From the sequence record SRR31156797_3690: a DNA stretch of 64,000 nucleotides; one strand, given 5' to 3'. Made by a program: the position numbers and the translations under genes. Shown one piece after another: positions 11,180-26,315 of the stretch (position 1 is its first letter; the number at the start of each line of letters is the position of its first letter). The notes under the pieces were generated by a model that did no database searches, was not told the origin of the DNA, and saw nothing but the letters and a program-made list of their open reading frames with translations.

Positions 11180-11945
11180 GGTTGCCCTCCTGTAAAGTGA
11201 ATAGTCCGTAGGAACGGATCAAATAATCAATCAAGCAGCTCAGTCCGATCAAAGACTGGCTAGGGATTTTCTTGCGACCGATTTGAAAAAAATCGCAATA
11301 ATAGGTCAGGTGAAACGTTGAATGGCGAGCAAAATAATTATCTCCTGGCGCACTCAATGTCAAAACGGGAATCTGACGAATCGCAAAAGTCGTCAGATTC
11401 TCTTTGACGTTTTCTGTTTCGCCGCTGAGTGAGGCGATGATCACACAATCTTCGGCAGTGATCATCGGCATGACCATATCAAATTCCGTTTTGTTCGGCA
11501 ATACGATCACTCGTTTTTCCATAGAAAGCATCATTTTGGAAAACTCCTCCAGTGCTTTCTTTTGGGAAAACCCAGTTGGGTAGCAGTAGATGGTTTTGCT
11601 GCGGTCAAACAAGCGGTTGAGGGCAGCTAAGTCTACCGTTTTTACATAGTTGAGGGTGGCGAAAATATCCTCTTGTTGCTTTTCAAAAATCGTTTTTTGC
11701 TGCGAAATCGTTGTTGCCTGTTCTTGCTGATGCCGTAGAAAATATTTGAACTCGGAATAGCCAGAAAAACCAAGTTTTTTCGTCAACCGTAAAATAGAAG
11801 ACTTTGAGACGTGAACCTGCTCGGATAGCTCGACGATCCCCATAGATAGAACGGTGGCGCCGTTGGAAAGAATATAGTTCAGAATGCCACGATCAAGTTC
11901 ACTTAACTCTGCTTGGTGCTGTTGAATCAAATACTGTAATTTCAC
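11172..11945 (-). CDS. MurR/RpiR-family regulator (GlvR-like)
   Basis: SKSSILRLTKKLGFSGYSEFK HTH plus SIS domain SLSGET. Confidence 0.88.
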   Translation of the reverse strand: MKLQYLIQQHQAELSELDRGILNYILSNGATVLSMGIVELSEQVHVSKSSILRLTKKLGFSGYSEFKYFLRHQQEQATTISQQKTIFEKQQEDIFATLNYVKTVDLAALNRLFDRSKTIYCYPTGFSQKKALEEFSKMMLSMEKRVIVLPNKTEFDMVMPMITAEDCVIIASLSGETENVKENLTTFAIRQIPVLTLSAPGDNYFARHSTFHLTYYCDFFQIGRKKIPSQSLIGLSCLIDYLIRSYGLFTLQEGNHD

Positions 11946-12008
11946 AAAAACCCCTCCTTATTGATTAAGTATAGCTGAAAAGCCAGGAGGGGAGGCGAAG
12001 AACGCTGG

Positions 12009-14946
<2,938 letters not shown>

Positions 14947-14985
14947 AATTTCTTAACATCTCCTTTCAATTTTTACTACAACCTC

Positions 14986-15014
14986 AGTATAGAAAAGAAA
15001 GATAGCGGTTACAA
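14986..15014 (-). promoter_or_regulatory. glvC promoter with cre overlapping the -35
   Basis: Minus strand TTGTAA-17 bp-TATACT; TGTAACCGCTATCT (15013-15000) fits the cre consensus. Confidence 0.7.
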
Positions 15015-15133
15015 TAAAGTGAGGCGGCATAGGAACGTAGAAGCAAACAAAGAGAAAAGGCAGCAACTGCGGGGAAATTTCCCATAAAAAAACAAACCTG
15101 CGAAAAACAGGTTTGTTTGCTAAGTACGTGTAT

Positions 15134-15805
15134 TTAAATTTCGACGTTGCCATAACGATTGGCAAGGGCGGTGCGGATCAAGCGCTCTGCCAAATGCTCA
15201 TTTCTTGCGAGAAGCGGTCCGTGGAAGTAAGAGCCGAACACATTGCGGTAAACCACGCCTTCGGTTTGGTCTTCGCCATTGTTTCCTTGTCCTTGGATGA
15301 CTTTCCCCAATGGTTTTTCCCCTTTACCTAAGAAAGTACGGCCATTATGGTTTTCAAAGCCATAATAGGTCTCATCGAATTCTTCATTGTGGATCACGAT
15401 GTCACCGATGAACCGGTTGTTTTCCTGGCTTAAGGTGTAATGATCCAAGGCACCGATCCCCTTGATTTTCTCGCCGTTGGCACCGATGTAGTAATGACCC
15501 AGCAATTGATAGCCGCCGCAAATTGCCAGCATCACGCCATCATTTTCGATATAGCTGGTCAGGGCTTCTTTTTTTGATTGGATATCTTGTGAAACGATCA
15601 CTTGTTCAAAATCTTGCCCGCCACCGAAGAAGACGAGATCATATTTTTCAGGATCGAAGGGCTCGTGAATGCTGACGACTTCTGCGTTGAAGGTCACGCC
15701 TAGTTTTTCGGCCACGTAGCGCAGCATCAAGAGATTGCCATTGTCGCCATAAGTATTCAAAAGATTTCCATACAAGTGGGCAACATTCAGTTGATACTTA
15801 GTCAC
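15134..15805 (-). CDS. gatD: Lipid II isoglutaminyl synthase glutaminase subunit GatD
   Basis: YGDNGN, GGGQD, AICGGYQ, FENH, YFHGP; coupled to murT. Confidence 0.9.
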   Translation of the reverse strand: MTKYQLNVAHLYGNLLNTYGDNGNLLMLRYVAEKLGVTFNAEVVSIHEPFDPEKYDLVFFGGGQDFEQVIVSQDIQSKKEALTSYIENDGVMLAICGGYQLLGHYYIGANGEKIKGIGALDHYTLSQENNRFIGDIVIHNEEFDETYYGFENHNGRTFLGKGEKPLGKVIQGQGNNGEDQTEGVVYRNVFGSYFHGPLLARNEHLAERLIRTALANRYGNVEI

Positions 15806-17147
15806 GACTCATTCCTCCTTTGATATAGCCTTTTTCCGCAAGCTTTTTGCGTAGCTGCAGGACTGCAGTGTAAGTCGCTAAAATATAGACTTTTTCTGTT
15901 GGTAAGTCTGCAATTTGCTTGATGACGTCATCAAGTTCAGGGGTTTCAATGATTTTCTCTTCAGGGATCCCCGCAACTTTTAACCGCAACGCCATATCTT
16001 TGTGACGATCACCACCAGCGATCACTTGAGGAATCCCCATATCGGCAAACGCTTCATGGTCGCCATCCCAAATCCAGCTGACGTCGATCCCATCTGCGTA
16101 GTTGGCATTCAACAAGCTGACTAGTGAGAAAGGATAGGGCGACAGGCCGATCATATCGATGACTTGGTTCAAACCAACAGGGTTTTTAACTAAGACTAAC
16201 GTACATTCTTTGTCCCCGATGCGGATCACTTCTTGGCGGCCAAAGACTTTTTCGTCATAGGCCAAACCAGATTTGATTTTTGCAGGTGCTACGCCATAAT
16301 ATTCCGCAACCGCAGTTGCCGCCAGCGCATTGTAGACATTGTACATCCCACCAACTTCGATGCGATAGTCATTGCCATCGATCACAAAATCAGCAGAGGT
16401 GTTGTCCATTGCGGTCATTTCCGTCAGTTTATAATCCAATTCTGGTCGATGGAAGCCGCAATTTGGGCAGTAGTATTTCCCAAGATTGGCATAGGTGATC
16501 ATTTTATAATGCAAAATGTGATGACACTCAGGACACAACACGCCATCCGTATTGTAATGGGCCATCTGCTCTTCATCTGGCAAATGATCAAATCCATAGT
16601 ATTTCCGCGGATTGACAGTTGCCACCGAATTGAACAGTGGCGAATCCCCATTGCAGAGGATCGTTGCTTCCGGTGAGTTTGCCGCACCTTCAACGATCAT
16701 TTTATAGGTCGTATAGATCTCGCCATAACGGTCCATTTGATCGCGGAAAATATTGGTGAAAACGAACAATTCCGGTTTGATGTACTTCGTTACTTTGCTG
16801 AGACTGGCTTCATCGATTTCTAAAACCGCAAATTTTTTGCCTTTTTTAGGGCGTGCCGATAGAAAGGTTGAAACGATCCCTTGGACCATATTGGCGCCGG
16901 TGGGGTTCGTTAATACTTCATCAAATTCTTGGCGCAAAATATTGACAGTCAAGGCAGTCGTCAATGTTTTGCCGTTGGTGCCTGTGATCACGACGACTTG
17001 GTAATCTTTCGCCAAATGATCTAATATATGTGGATCAACTTTTAATGCTAATTTACCAGGCAGGCTTGAGCCACCTTTGAAAAAGTTCTTTAATACCCAT
17101 TGAGAGGTCTTACCGACTGAAACAGCCAGATGACTTCGTATTCCCAT
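15798..17147 (-). CDS. murT: Lipid II isoglutaminyl synthase subunit MurT
   Basis: Mur ligase GTNGKT, CPEC/CPNC zinc finger, KNPVG, DVSWIWD. Confidence 0.9.
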   Translation of the reverse strand: MGIRSHLAVSVGKTSQWVLKNFFKGGSSLPGKLALKVDPHILDHLAKDYQVVVITGTNGKTLTTALTVNILRQEFDEVLTNPTGANMVQGIVSTFLSARPKKGKKFAVLEIDEASLSKVTKYIKPELFVFTNIFRDQMDRYGEIYTTYKMIVEGAANSPEATILCNGDSPLFNSVATVNPRKYYGFDHLPDEEQMAHYNTDGVLCPECHHILHYKMITYANLGKYYCPNCGFHRPELDYKLTEMTAMDNTSADFVIDGNDYRIEVGGMYNVYNALAATAVAEYYGVAPAKIKSGLAYDEKVFGRQEVIRIGDKECTLVLVKNPVGLNQVIDMIGLSPYPFSLVSLLNANYADGIDVSWIWDGDHEAFADMGIPQVIAGGDRHKDMALRLKVAGIPEEKIIETPELDDVIKQIADLPTEKVYILATYTAVLQLRKKLAEKGYIKGGMSRD

Positions 17148-17345
17148 AATGTAACCCTCCATTAGAGCGAATGCTTTCGTTGTGCAAATTCAATTTATCA
17201 TACCATATACCAAGAAAAAGGTTAAATTGCTTTTGCGATTCTTTAAATTTCTACAAAGACCATGTTGATAAACGGCTCTTTCACTTGCGATGATCAACAA
17301 ATTGAAAAGCAAAACAGCAAACCTTCTGCCAGGTTTGCTGCTGCT

Positions 17346-18752
17346 TTAACCGATAATGATTTTTTCCGTTGGGTACTCGTAGCCTAAGTCACGTGTTTCT
17401 TTTGGTACGAATAACATCAAGGTGTACAGCATACCGACACGGCCGATAAACATCAAAAGAGCAATCACGAGTTTGCCGATGGTTGATAAATCGCCCGTGA
17501 TTCCTAAAGAAAGCCCTGTGGTTCCAAAGGCCGAGGAAACTTCAACAATGATGGCGATCAAAGGGATATCCTCGATGGCGGTCAAGAATAAGACACAAAA
17601 GAAGCACATGCCCATCGAAAGCATGAAGACCACCACTGATTTACGGACGTCATCTTGATCGATCCGGCGACCGAAGATATTGATATTGTCCTCACTTTTC
17701 AAGAAGGCATAGAGGTACAGCCCAATGATGGCAATGGTCGTCGTCCGAATCCCCCCACCAACAGAGCTGGGACTACAACCAATAAACATCAGCAAGGAGA
17801 AAACGATCAACGTCGTGGTTTGGAAGTTGCCTAAGTCATGGATCTGCAGGCCAGCATTCCGCGTTGTCATGGAATAAAACATGCTGTTCATCCACATACC
17901 ACTAAAGCTGTAATCTTTGAATAAATAATCTTTCTCAAGGAAAAAGATCGCTAATGTACCGCCGACAAAGAGGATCACGAAAGCCAAAACAGCAATTTTT
18001 GTGAATAAAGAAAAGCGAAACGGCAAGCGGCGGCGTTGTTTTTTCATTTTAAAAAGGACCCATTCCCGAAAGTCCATGATCACTGGAAATCCGATCCCCC
18101 CGATAAAAATCAAAATCATGATACACGTCAGGAAGAAATAATCATGGGAAAACGGCAAGATGGAATTGCCCGTCACATCAAACCCTGAGTTGGTCACAGC
18201 AGAGATCGCTTGATAAAACCCATAAAAGATCGCGTCACGCCAATTGTCATAATACCCGTAAAGATGAAAATAAACAGCGAAGATCGTACCTGCTACCAAC
18301 TGACAAACTAAAATGATGGTAAACGTCGTTCGAATCATCCGAACGATCCCGCTAAGCTTTGGCTGGTTCATATCTGTCATGATCAATTGGCGCTGCTTTA
18401 AACTGATTTTGCGCCGTGAAACGATCGCAAAAAAGGTCGAGATCATCATGATCCCTAAACCACCAACTTGAAAGAGGACTTCCAATAAAATGACCCCGCG
18501 GTCGTTAAATACGTCATTGATCGGGAAGGTAGTCAACCCTGTGACACTGACCGTGCTGACCGCCATAAAGAACAGATCGATAAACGCGACATGAGAGCCC
18601 GGTTCCCGAAAGAAGGGAAGTGAAAAAAGCCCCAAAGAGACCACCGTCATCACGATATAATAAAAAACAATCACTTGGATTGAAGATACATTCTGGGAAA
18701 TAAACGTCTTGCTCCTGCGCTGCGTCAAGCGAGCAAAGCGGGTAAAGTTCAT
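17346..18752 (-). CDS. TrkH/KtrB-family potassium uptake membrane subunit
   Basis: Four pore-loop motifs (VTGL, NSGF, NAGL, TTGL); C-terminal IIIG. Confidence 0.88.
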   Translation of the reverse strand: MNFTRFARLTQRRSKTFISQNVSSIQVIVFYYIVMTVVSLGLFSLPFFREPGSHVAFIDLFFMAVSTVSVTGLTTFPINDVFNDRGVILLEVLFQVGGLGIMMISTFFAIVSRRKISLKQRQLIMTDMNQPKLSGIVRMIRTTFTIILVCQLVAGTIFAVYFHLYGYYDNWRDAIFYGFYQAISAVTNSGFDVTGNSILPFSHDYFFLTCIMILIFIGGIGFPVIMDFREWVLFKMKKQRRRLPFRFSLFTKIAVLAFVILFVGGTLAIFFLEKDYLFKDYSFSGMWMNSMFYSMTTRNAGLQIHDLGNFQTTTLIVFSLLMFIGCSPSSVGGGIRTTTIAIIGLYLYAFLKSEDNINIFGRRIDQDDVRKSVVVFMLSMGMCFFCVLFLTAIEDIPLIAIIVEVSSAFGTTGLSLGITGDLSTIGKLVIALLMFIGRVGMLYTLMLFVPKETRDLGYEYPTEKIIIG

Positions 18753-19144
18753 AACAAAAACCCCTCACTAATTAAACTATCCCCAGTATACCAAAGAACC
18801 AAGTAGATTTGAAAGAAAGCAGGATAGAATTTATGTGGGGCAGAAATTGCGCAAGGAAACGTTTCTGGAGTGATTCTTTTCATTCGGGCAAAGGAGCCGC
18901 CGATCAATCCTTGTGTTTGGCAGCGATGGTCTGCCTTTGAATGATCTTCAATCATTGTAAGGATTTTTGAAAAGGTAGGCACGATTGAATGGTGTAAAGC
19001 AGTAGTCTCTTTTTTTGAGAGGCACTATCCCTTCAATCGATTTTTTAGCAAGAAAAAGGATGCGGAAGTTGTATATACATGTTAAAATAATAATGTAAGA
19101 AAAACGCTTTCTTTAATAAAGAAAGCCAGAATGGAGAGAAGTAG

Positions 19145-19963
19145 ATGAATGCCAACCCTTATGATATCAAGTTAGTAGCTGTCGATATGGATGGAACCTT
19201 TATGCGCACGGATTATACGTATGATGTTCCCCGCTTCAAGGCCGTGTTGGCCCGCATGAAAGCAGTCGGCTGTCAGTTTGTCGTTGCCAGCGGCAATCAG
19301 TATTACCAGTTGCGGGCTCAATTTCCCGGCTATGATCACGAGCTGAGTTTTGTTGCAGAAAACGGAGCACTTGTCAAAGACAAAGAAACAGTGCTTTTTG
19401 CAGCGGACATTCCCCGAGAAACGGTTTTCGCAACCTTAGATTTATGTAAAAAATACCCCGAAGTTAAAAATGTAATGTGTGGGCTCAATAGTGCTTATTG
19501 TGAACGGGGAACGGTCAGTGATGCTTTTTTTGAATTAACAAATAAGTATTACCACAAATTGCAATGGGTCGATGACTTTGCCCAAGTAGAGGACACGATC
19601 CTGAAATTTGCCCCAACCGTTCCTGTCGAAAAAACGGCCTATTATTCGGAACTATTTCAAAAAGAACTAGCTGGTTTGCTAGTGCCAACAGGCAGTGGGC
19701 ATGGTTCCGTGGATCTGATCGTGCCTAACTGCCACAAAGCATCAGGATTGGCACGCTTGGTAGAGCGATGGGGGATCACTCCTGAGCAATGTGTCGCTTT
19801 TGGCGATGGCGGCAATGATTTGGAAATGTTAGCCTATTGCCAGAGAGGCTATGCGATGGACAATGCGCCAGAAAACGTCAAAGCCGTTGCCACCGCTGTC
19901 TGTCCCTCAAATGATGAGGATGGAGTATTAGTCACATTGGATCAGCTGTTCCCGATAGTCTAG
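19145..19963 (+). CDS. Cof-type HAD-IIB phosphatase
   Basis: DMDGT, ASG, K, FGDGGND motifs. Confidence 0.9.
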   Translation: MNANPYDIKLVAVDMDGTFMRTDYTYDVPRFKAVLARMKAVGCQFVVASGNQYYQLRAQFPGYDHELSFVAENGALVKDKETVLFAADIPRETVFATLDLCKKYPEVKNVMCGLNSAYCERGTVSDAFFELTNKYYHKLQWVDDFAQVEDTILKFAPTVPVEKTAYYSELFQKELAGLLVPTGSGHGSVDLIVPNCHKASGLARLVERWGITPEQCVAFGDGGNDLEMLAYCQRGYAMDNAPENVKAVATAVCPSNDEDGVLVTLDQLFPIV

Positions 19964-20146
19964 GCGTTCTTTAAGATTCTTAAAAATAGGTAAGTATTCC
20001 GATCAATTTTCACGATTTCAGAAGAAAACGCTGGCAATTTATGAGAAGATAAAAGAAATAAAAGATAACAGCGACGATCCGCACGGAACAATAGAGAGAA
20101 AAGCGCATCAATTTTTTTGAAAATCGAGACGGAAATGGGGAAGATC

Positions 20147-20941
20147 ATGAAGAACGTGAAAATTATTTTTTTTGATGTTGATGGCACACTGATCGACATG
20201 AGCAAAAAGCAAATCTCTAAAAGAATGTTAGCCACATTAAAAGCCTTGAAGAAGCAAGGGATCCTGTTGTGCATTGCGACTGGCAGAAGTCCCATCGCGT
20301 TGCCGCAATTTGAAGGCGTGACCTTCGATGCGTTTTTGACCTTTAACGGATCGTATTGTTTTAATCAAGCAGAGGGGATCCACCAAAACCCCATTCCTAA
20401 AAAAGATGTTCACCAAATCATAGAAAATGCGACGGCGCTCAAGCGTCCAGTAGCAATCGCAACGAAGGATCGTACCGTTGCCAATGGCAAAGATGCTGAT
20501 TTAGTTGAGTATTTTTCCTTTGCTCACCAAGAAGTGATCGTGGCAGAAGATTTTGAAGAGTTGATCCAACAGCAAGACATTTTCCAAGTGATGTTAGGTT
20601 CAGGGAAAGAAGACTACGCCAAAGTGATGGCAAATACTACAGAGGCGAAAATCACCGCCTGGTGGGATCGGGCAGTCGATATTATTCCAGCCAGCAGCGG
20701 GAAAGGAAGCGGCATTGCCAAAATGCTGGCTTACTATGGCTTGGATAAATCCGAAGCCATTGCCTTTGGGGATGGCAACAATGATATTGAGATGCTGGAG
20801 GCAGTCGGCTGGGGTCTAGCAATGGCCAATGCTTCGGATGAGTTAAAAGCGATCGCCGACGAAGTGATTGGTCACGTAGCCGAGGAAGGCATTTATCAAT
20901 ACTGCTTAGAAAACGGGTTGCTGGGTGAAGCCGTGCAGTGA
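20147..20941 (+). CDS. Cof-type HAD-IIB phosphatase
   Basis: DVDGT, ATGR, GKG, FGDGNND motifs. Confidence 0.9.
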   Translation: MKNVKIIFFDVDGTLIDMSKKQISKRMLATLKALKKQGILLCIATGRSPIALPQFEGVTFDAFLTFNGSYCFNQAEGIHQNPIPKKDVHQIIENATALKRPVAIATKDRTVANGKDADLVEYFSFAHQEVIVAEDFEELIQQQDIFQVMLGSGKEDYAKVMANTTEAKITAWWDRAVDIIPASSGKGSGIAKMLAYYGLDKSEAIAFGDGNNDIEMLEAVGWGLAMANASDELKAIADEVIGHVAEEGIYQYCLENGLLGEAVQ

Positions 20942-21019
20942 TGGGCAATGCGTCAGTTGCTGTTGCCCGCTAAGAACATGCGCAGCCAGGATCGCTACTG
21001 CGTGTCAGTTTGATCAAAT

Positions 21020-21060
21020 AAAAAAACTGTTTCCGAAATGCATTAGGGAAACAGTTTTTT
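21020..21060. terminator. Bidirectional intrinsic terminator
   Basis: AAAAAAACTGTTTCC...GGAAACAGTTTTTT between convergent genes. Confidence 0.8.
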
Positions 21061-21093
21061 ATTGATATAAAGTTGTTTAGCAATTTGTACGGT

Positions 21094-22161
21094 TTACAGC
21101 GCCTCTACTGCTTCGATCGCCTGATAGACTTTTTCGGGTGTGATCGCAGGATCAATCAAAATAAAGGTTTCTTCTTCCTTGACAGCATAGGTCAGAACCG
21201 AGGCGAAGTAATCCCGATCAAGGCGTGTCACGTGGAGATCCTTCAGCTTCATCGGCAAGTGCAAAGCTTCGTAAAACGGCCGTAATTCTTCAATCACATC
21301 AAAATCATTGGTATAGGCAAGCTGGACCCAAATGCAGTAGGCGACTTTATTGCCGTGCAAGACACTATGGGTCTCATTCAAATAAGACAAGCCGTCATGC
21401 AGCGCATGCGCACCGGACGTGCGGCCAAACTCTACTGCAAAACCGCCAACTTCGCCTGCCAAAGCAATGATCGCGTCGGTGATGCGGGCAAAGGCGGGTG
21501 TCAGCTGCCCAGCTTCTAGGTCTTTGACAGCTTGGATCGCATCGGCAATCAGCAAGTTTTTGATCAAAAGAGCGCTTTGGAAACCTAGCCGTACTAAGGC
21601 AGTCTTGTCGTCTTCTGCCATGTTGCGGACGATGGCTTCCATTTCATAATATTTGGCTAAGGTATCAGCGATCCCTGCGATAAAGTAATCAACAGGTGTG
21701 GCTAGTAAAAAACGGGTGTCGACGATCGTCATGTAGGCACCTTTTTTGGCATAGTCGATTTTACAAATCGTATGATCGGGGTAATAGGCGACGATCACCG
21801 GGGTAAAGGGCGCACAGTTGGAAACCAATGTAGGGATCACGATCAGCTCTGCGCCAAGGGTTTGGGCGGTGATTTTTGCTGTATCAGCGACCTTGCCGCC
21901 GCCGATTGCCACCACGGCATCTGCTTGCTGGATCGCTTCAGCTAAGGTTTGCGCATTTTCATAACTCGATGATCCATCGTAGCGGTAGATCGGGTAGTCA
22001 AATGAATGAGGGTAATAGTTCGAAAACACATCGAATGACTGCTCCCCAGTAATTACTGCTACCTCTTGGAACTCTCGTAAATACTCCGGCAAATCAATTA
22101 AGACCCCATCGCCCGTAATATAACGGTTTGGACCTGGACGGACTTCATTAGCTAACATCAA
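21094..22161 (-). CDS. Iron-containing alcohol dehydrogenase family protein (glycerol dehydrogenase-like)
   Basis: GGGKVADTAK, PT, GIADTLAK, HALH, HGNKVA. Confidence 0.82.
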   Translation of the reverse strand: MMLANEVRPGPNRYITGDGVLIDLPEYLREFQEVAVITGEQSFDVFSNYYPHSFDYPIYRYDGSSSYENAQTLAEAIQQADAVVAIGGGKVADTAKITAQTLGAELIVIPTLVSNCAPFTPVIVAYYPDHTICKIDYAKKGAYMTIVDTRFLLATPVDYFIAGIADTLAKYYEMEAIVRNMAEDDKTALVRLGFQSALLIKNLLIADAIQAVKDLEAGQLTPAFARITDAIIALAGEVGGFAVEFGRTSGAHALHDGLSYLNETHSVLHGNKVAYCIWVQLAYTNDFDVIEELRPFYEALHLPMKLKDLHVTRLDRDYFASVLTYAVKEEETFILIDPAITPEKVYQAIEAVEAL

Positions 22162-22320
22162 ACAAACACTCCTTTATAATCGTCAGAATTTTCTAATCAG
22201 TGTAGCGCGAAAATGCCCTGACTGTCAATTTCCTTTTTGGGAAAAAACAGAAAACAGCCGATCTGCTGACGAGGCAGATCGGCTGTTAGTGATGAATTGT
22301 AAGGAACGTTCCCCAAAATG

Positions 22321-22839
22321 TTAAGCCCAGTTTTGGCGAATAAAGCCGGCTCGACCGGAGCCTTCGCTATAAGCATTGTAATGGGCTGCATTTTTTTTGT
22401 AAAAATCTTGATGATAATCTTCTGCAGGATAAAAAGGTTCTGCTGGTTCGATCTTCGTTACGATCGGACGGTCAAAGCGGCCGCTAGCTTGCAACTGCGC
22501 CTTTGATTTTTCCGCAATCGCTTTTTGTTCTTCACTATTGTAAAAAATCACTGGACGATAGGAATCACCACGGTCGGCAAACTGACCAAACGCATCCGTG
22601 GGGTCTGTCTGCTGCCAATAGATGGCAACTAATTCTTCATAAGAGATGACTTCAGGATCAAAGGTGATTTCAACTGCTTCGGTGTGACCGGTGGTACCTG
22701 TCGTTACTTGTTGGTAGGTTGGGTTAGGGACATGGCCGCCAGTAAAGCCCGAAACCACTTTGAGGATGCCTGGCTGTGAATCAAAAGGCTTCACCATGCA
22801 CCAAAAACAACCACCAGCAAAAATTGCCGTATCATTCAT
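22321..22839 (-). CDS. msrA: Peptide-methionine (S)-S-oxide reductase
   Basis: GGCFWC active site; GHTEAV; AEDYHQ. Confidence 0.95.
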   Translation of the reverse strand: MNDTAIFAGGCFWCMVKPFDSQPGILKVVSGFTGGHVPNPTYQQVTTGTTGHTEAVEITFDPEVISYEELVAIYWQQTDPTDAFGQFADRGDSYRPVIFYNSEEQKAIAEKSKAQLQASGRFDRPIVTKIEPAEPFYPAEDYHQDFYKKNAAHYNAYSEGSGRAGFIRQNWA

Positions 22840-22931
22840 AGGTATTCCTCCTTTGCTTCTATGGTATGCTTCTAGTAGAGAAAAACAAGAGATATGCTTA
22901 GATAACTTACTAACGAAGAAAGGAACCGCCC

Positions 22932-23453
22932 ATGGAAAGCATGTTAATTTTACTACGGGGGAATTCTGGCAGCGGAAAAACCACTATTGCCAAAGCTGTT
23001 CAGCACGTTTTTGGGGAAGAGGCAGTGCTGATTTCACAAGATGTTTTTCGGCGAGAAATTTTTTGTGTCAAAGATACCCCTAATAATTTAGCCAGCGGTT
23101 TGATGAAAGAAGCTGTCCTATATGCGAAGGGGAAAGTGCCGATGATACTTGTTGAGGGGATTTATTCTCGTGAAAAATACCAAGACTTTCTCGACTTTCT
23201 AATGAAACTCTTTCCCCAAAAAAAGCTAGTTTATTATTTTGATCTTTCTTTCGAGGAAACGGTCAAAAGACATCAGACCCGAATGCAGCGAGACTATTTT
23301 TCCGAGGAAGCGATGCGTAAATGGTGGCTTGAGCGAGACTTGCTTTTCCCAAAAGGATCTTCAGAGGAAAGACTGATCAAAGAAGGCCTAACGATAGCAG
23401 AAACGGTCGATCAGATCATCGCAGATTATCAAGAAACAAGAAGGAGTGATTGA
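22932..23453 (+). CDS. P-loop (AAA_33-like) small-molecule kinase
   Basis: [10 protein letters not shown] Walker A; QDVFRR. Confidence 0.75.
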   Translation: MESMLILLRGNSGSGKTTIAKAVQHVFGEEAVLISQDVFRREIFCVKDTPNNLASGLMKEAVLYAKGKVPMILVEGIYSREKYQDFLDFLMKLFPQKKLVYYFDLSFEETVKRHQTRMQRDYFSEEAMRKWWLERDLLFPKGSSEERLIKEGLTIAETVDQIIADYQETRRSD

Positions 23454-23455
23454 AT

Positions 23456-23881
23456 ATGGCGCGAATCATTGAACAAGGAACAGACCAAGAATTGGCTGCG
23501 TTAGAAACAGCATTAACAGCATACACAAAGCATCAAAAACCATTTACACAAACAGAGACCTATCAGAACTTTAGCAGTGTAATCAAAAAAGAGGGTGTGG
23601 TGATTGCTGGCGGTATTGCCTACGCCTCAATGTATCATATCGGCTATCTTGACACCCTGTGGGTCAAAGCATCCGAGCGGGGAAAAGGGTATGGCAAGCA
23701 GATTCTTACGGATCTTGAACAGCAGTTGAAAGCATTTGGCTGTGAAAATTGCCAGACGGCGACTTTTGATTTCCAAGCACCAGATTTTTATCAGCGAGTG
23801 GGCTATGAAGAAATCGGGAGAATCGCCCATACGCAAAATCAGCTAACAGAAATTTTTCTAGTAAAGAAATTACGTGATTGA
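23456..23881 (+). CDS. GNAT-family acetyltransferase
   Basis: LWVKASERGKGYG motif A; FQAPDFY. Confidence 0.85.
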   Translation: MARIIEQGTDQELAALETALTAYTKHQKPFTQTETYQNFSSVIKKEGVVIAGGIAYASMYHIGYLDTLWVKASERGKGYGKQILTDLEQQLKAFGCENCQTATFDFQAPDFYQRVGYEEIGRIAHTQNQLTEIFLVKKLRD

Positions 23882-23935
23882 ATCCCAAAGAAACCGTTGA
23901 ACAAGGACGAAACCAAGGAAAGAGAGGCACAACCA

Positions 23936-24517
23936 ATGTTAGATAAATCAATTCCATATGCAGAAATCTGGATGAAGCGAGCACACAAAAGCACACCGAT
24001 CCAGCCCATTCAATCCGATAACTATTCGCTACGCAGCTACCAAGCAGGAGACGAAAGGCACTGGGCACGGATCGAAACATCCGTCGGAGAGTTTGACAAT
24101 GAGGAAGAGGCATTGGCGTATTTTGAAAAAGAATTTATGCCCGAGCAAGCACAGCTAGGACAGCGAATGTTTTTTGCCCTTGATCAAACAGGTACACCGG
24201 TCGGCACGGCTACCGCTTGGAAAAAAGCCAAGCAAGACGGTACACCGGTTCCGCTAGTCCATTGGGTAGCAGTAATGCCGCAAGCTCAACGTCAAGGGAT
24301 CGCTCGCGGCTTGGTCACGCAAGTCGTTTCTGTCTTAGAGGCAGCCAACGAGCCGATGTATCTTCATACGCAAACGTGGAGCCACGCAGCAATCAAGCTC
24401 TACCAGCAGCTCGGTTTTGTGATCATTGCAACGGATATCAATGGGAATGAAAATCCAGAATATCCACTGGCTTGTCAAGTATTGGCAGAAGTGGCCAGAA
24501 AAGCCAGAAATGATTAA
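23936..24517 (+). CDS. GNAT-family acetyltransferase
   Basis: VAVMPQAQRQGIA motif A; AIKLYQQLGF. Confidence 0.82.
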   Translation: MLDKSIPYAEIWMKRAHKSTPIQPIQSDNYSLRSYQAGDERHWARIETSVGEFDNEEEALAYFEKEFMPEQAQLGQRMFFALDQTGTPVGTATAWKKAKQDGTPVPLVHWVAVMPQAQRQGIARGLVTQVVSVLEAANEPMYLHTQTWSHAAIKLYQQLGFVIIATDINGNENPEYPLACQVLAEVARKARND

Positions 24518-24644
24518 GAAGTACCGGCAGCAAAAAATCCGTTAACTTTTCGTAAAACTCTTGCGTAAAAGGCGGCGTGTGTCGAATTTAAGTCTGTAAA
24601 AATTCTCCTTTTTCAAGTATAATACCAAAGGAGTATGAGGAAGG

Positions 24645-25238
24645 ATGGGCGAGATGGCACAGCTTTTTTTTAAATATGGCGCAATGAATAGTGGGAAAAC
24701 GATCGAGATACTGAAAGTTGCTCACAACTATGAAGAACAAGACAAACCAGTCGTGATCATGACAAGTGGATTGGACACGAGAAGCGGCGTGGGAAATGTT
24801 TCGAGTCGCATCGGCTTAGAGCGAGACGCGATCCCGATTTTTGATGAAACGGATCTATTTCATTTGATCAAAGACCTCGGTTATAAACCTTATTGTATTT
24901 TGATCGACGAAGCACAGTTCCTAAAGAAGCATCACGTGCTGGCTTTCACCAAAATCGTGGATGAGTTAGGTATTCCTGTAATGGCCTTTGGCTTGAAAAA
25001 TGATTTCCGCAATGAATTATTTGAAGGCTCAAAATACTTGCTGCTTTACGCAGATAAAATCGAAGAGATGAAAACCATCTGCTGGTTCTGTCATAAAAAA
25101 GCAACCATGAACTTGCACTATATCGACGGAAAACCCGTTTACGAGGGCGATCAAGTACAAATCGGCGGCAATGAAGCGTATTATCCAGTTTGCCGCAAGC
25201 ATTACTTTCACCCGGGAATGAAAAAAGAAGGAGAATAA
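24645..25238 (+). CDS. tdk: Thymidine kinase
   Basis: [22 protein letters not shown]. Confidence 0.95.
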   Translation: MGEMAQLFFKYGAMNSGKTIEILKVAHNYEEQDKPVVIMTSGLDTRSGVGNVSSRIGLERDAIPIFDETDLFHLIKDLGYKPYCILIDEAQFLKKHHVLAFTKIVDELGIPVMAFGLKNDFRNELFEGSKYLLLYADKIEEMKTICWFCHKKATMNLHYIDGKPVYEGDQVQIGGNEAYYPVCRKHYFHPGMKKEGE

Positions 25239-25241
25239 TCA

Positions 25242-26315
25242 ATGTACGATCAGTTACAAGCAATCGAAGACCGTTACGAAGAATTAGGCGAATTACTAAG
25301 TGATCCAGCCGTGATCTCTGACACCAAACGCTTCATGCAGCTTTCAAAAGAAGAAGCCAATACACGGGAAACGGTGGAAGTCTACCGCCGTTACAAAGAA
25401 GTCGTTGAAGGAATCAAGGACACTGAAGAAATGCTTGGGGAAAACCTAGATGCAGAAATGGCTGAGATGGCCAAAGAAGAACTCTCTGACTTGAAAAAAG
25501 AAAAAGACGTTTTAGAAGAACGCATCAAGATTTTGTTGTTGCCAAAAGACCCGAATGATGACAAAAACATCATCATGGAGATCCGTGGTGCAGCAGGCGG
25601 CGACGAAGCAGCCTTATTTGCTGGCGATCTTTTCAATATGTATCAAAAATATGCGGAAAACCAAGGCTGGAAAGTCGAAGTCATGGATGCCAACGTCACT
25701 GGGATCGGCGGCTACAAAGAAGTCATCATGATGATCACTGGCGACAACGTCTTTTCAAAATTGAAATATGAGAGCGGCGCCCACCGAGTGCAAAGGGTAC
25801 CGTCTACCGAATCACAAGGCCGAATCCATACGTCTACGGCAACGGTCGTGGTTATGCCTGAAGCAGAAGAAGTCGAAATCGATATCGCAGACAAAGATAT
25901 TCGTACCGATATTTACCATGCCTCTGGTGCCGGTGGTCAGCACGTTAACAAAACAGCTTCTGCTGTTCGTTTGACTCACTTGCCAACTGGGATCGCTGTT
26001 GCGATGCAAGATGAGCGTTCACAGCTGAAAAACCGTGAGAAAGCGATGAAAGTCTTGCGGGCACGGGTCTATGACCAAATGCAGCAAGAAGCACAAAGCG
26101 AATACGATGCAAACCGTAAATCAGCAGTGGGTACCGGCGATCGTTCTGAACGGATCCGGACCTATAACTTCCCGCAAAACCGCGTAACAGATCACCGTAT
26201 CGGGTTGACTATTCAAAAATTGGATCAAATTTTAGCTGGAAAACTCGATGAAATTGTTGATGCACTGATCGTTTACGATCAAACATCAAAATTAGATGAG
26301 ATGCAAAATGGCTAA
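25242..26315 (+). CDS. prfA: Peptide chain release factor 1
   Basis: GGQ motif; PST tripeptide; upstream of prmC. Confidence 0.97.
   Translation: MYDQLQAIEDRYEELGELLSDPAVISDTKRFMQLSKEEANTRETVEVYRRYKEVVEGIKDTEEMLGENLDAEMAEMAKEELSDLKKEKDVLEERIKILLLPKDPNDDKNIIMEIRGAAGGDEAALFAGDLFNMYQKYAENQGWKVEVMDANVTGIGGYKEVIMMITGDNVFSKLKYESGAHRVQRVPSTESQGRIHTSTATVVVMPEAEEVEIDIADKDIRTDIYHASGAGGQHVNKTASAVRLTHLPTGIAVAMQDERSQLKNREKAMKVLRARVYDQMQQEAQSEYDANRKSAVGTGDRSERIRTYNFPQNRVTDHRIGLTIQKLDQILAGKLDEIVDALIVYDQTSKLDEMQNG

Noticed and set aside
18753-19144. c-di-AMP (ydaO) riboswitch upstream of the potassium channel
   Set aside because: No recognisable ydaO motif, and an extended -10 (TGGTATACT, minus strand) lies only about 35 nt from the start codon
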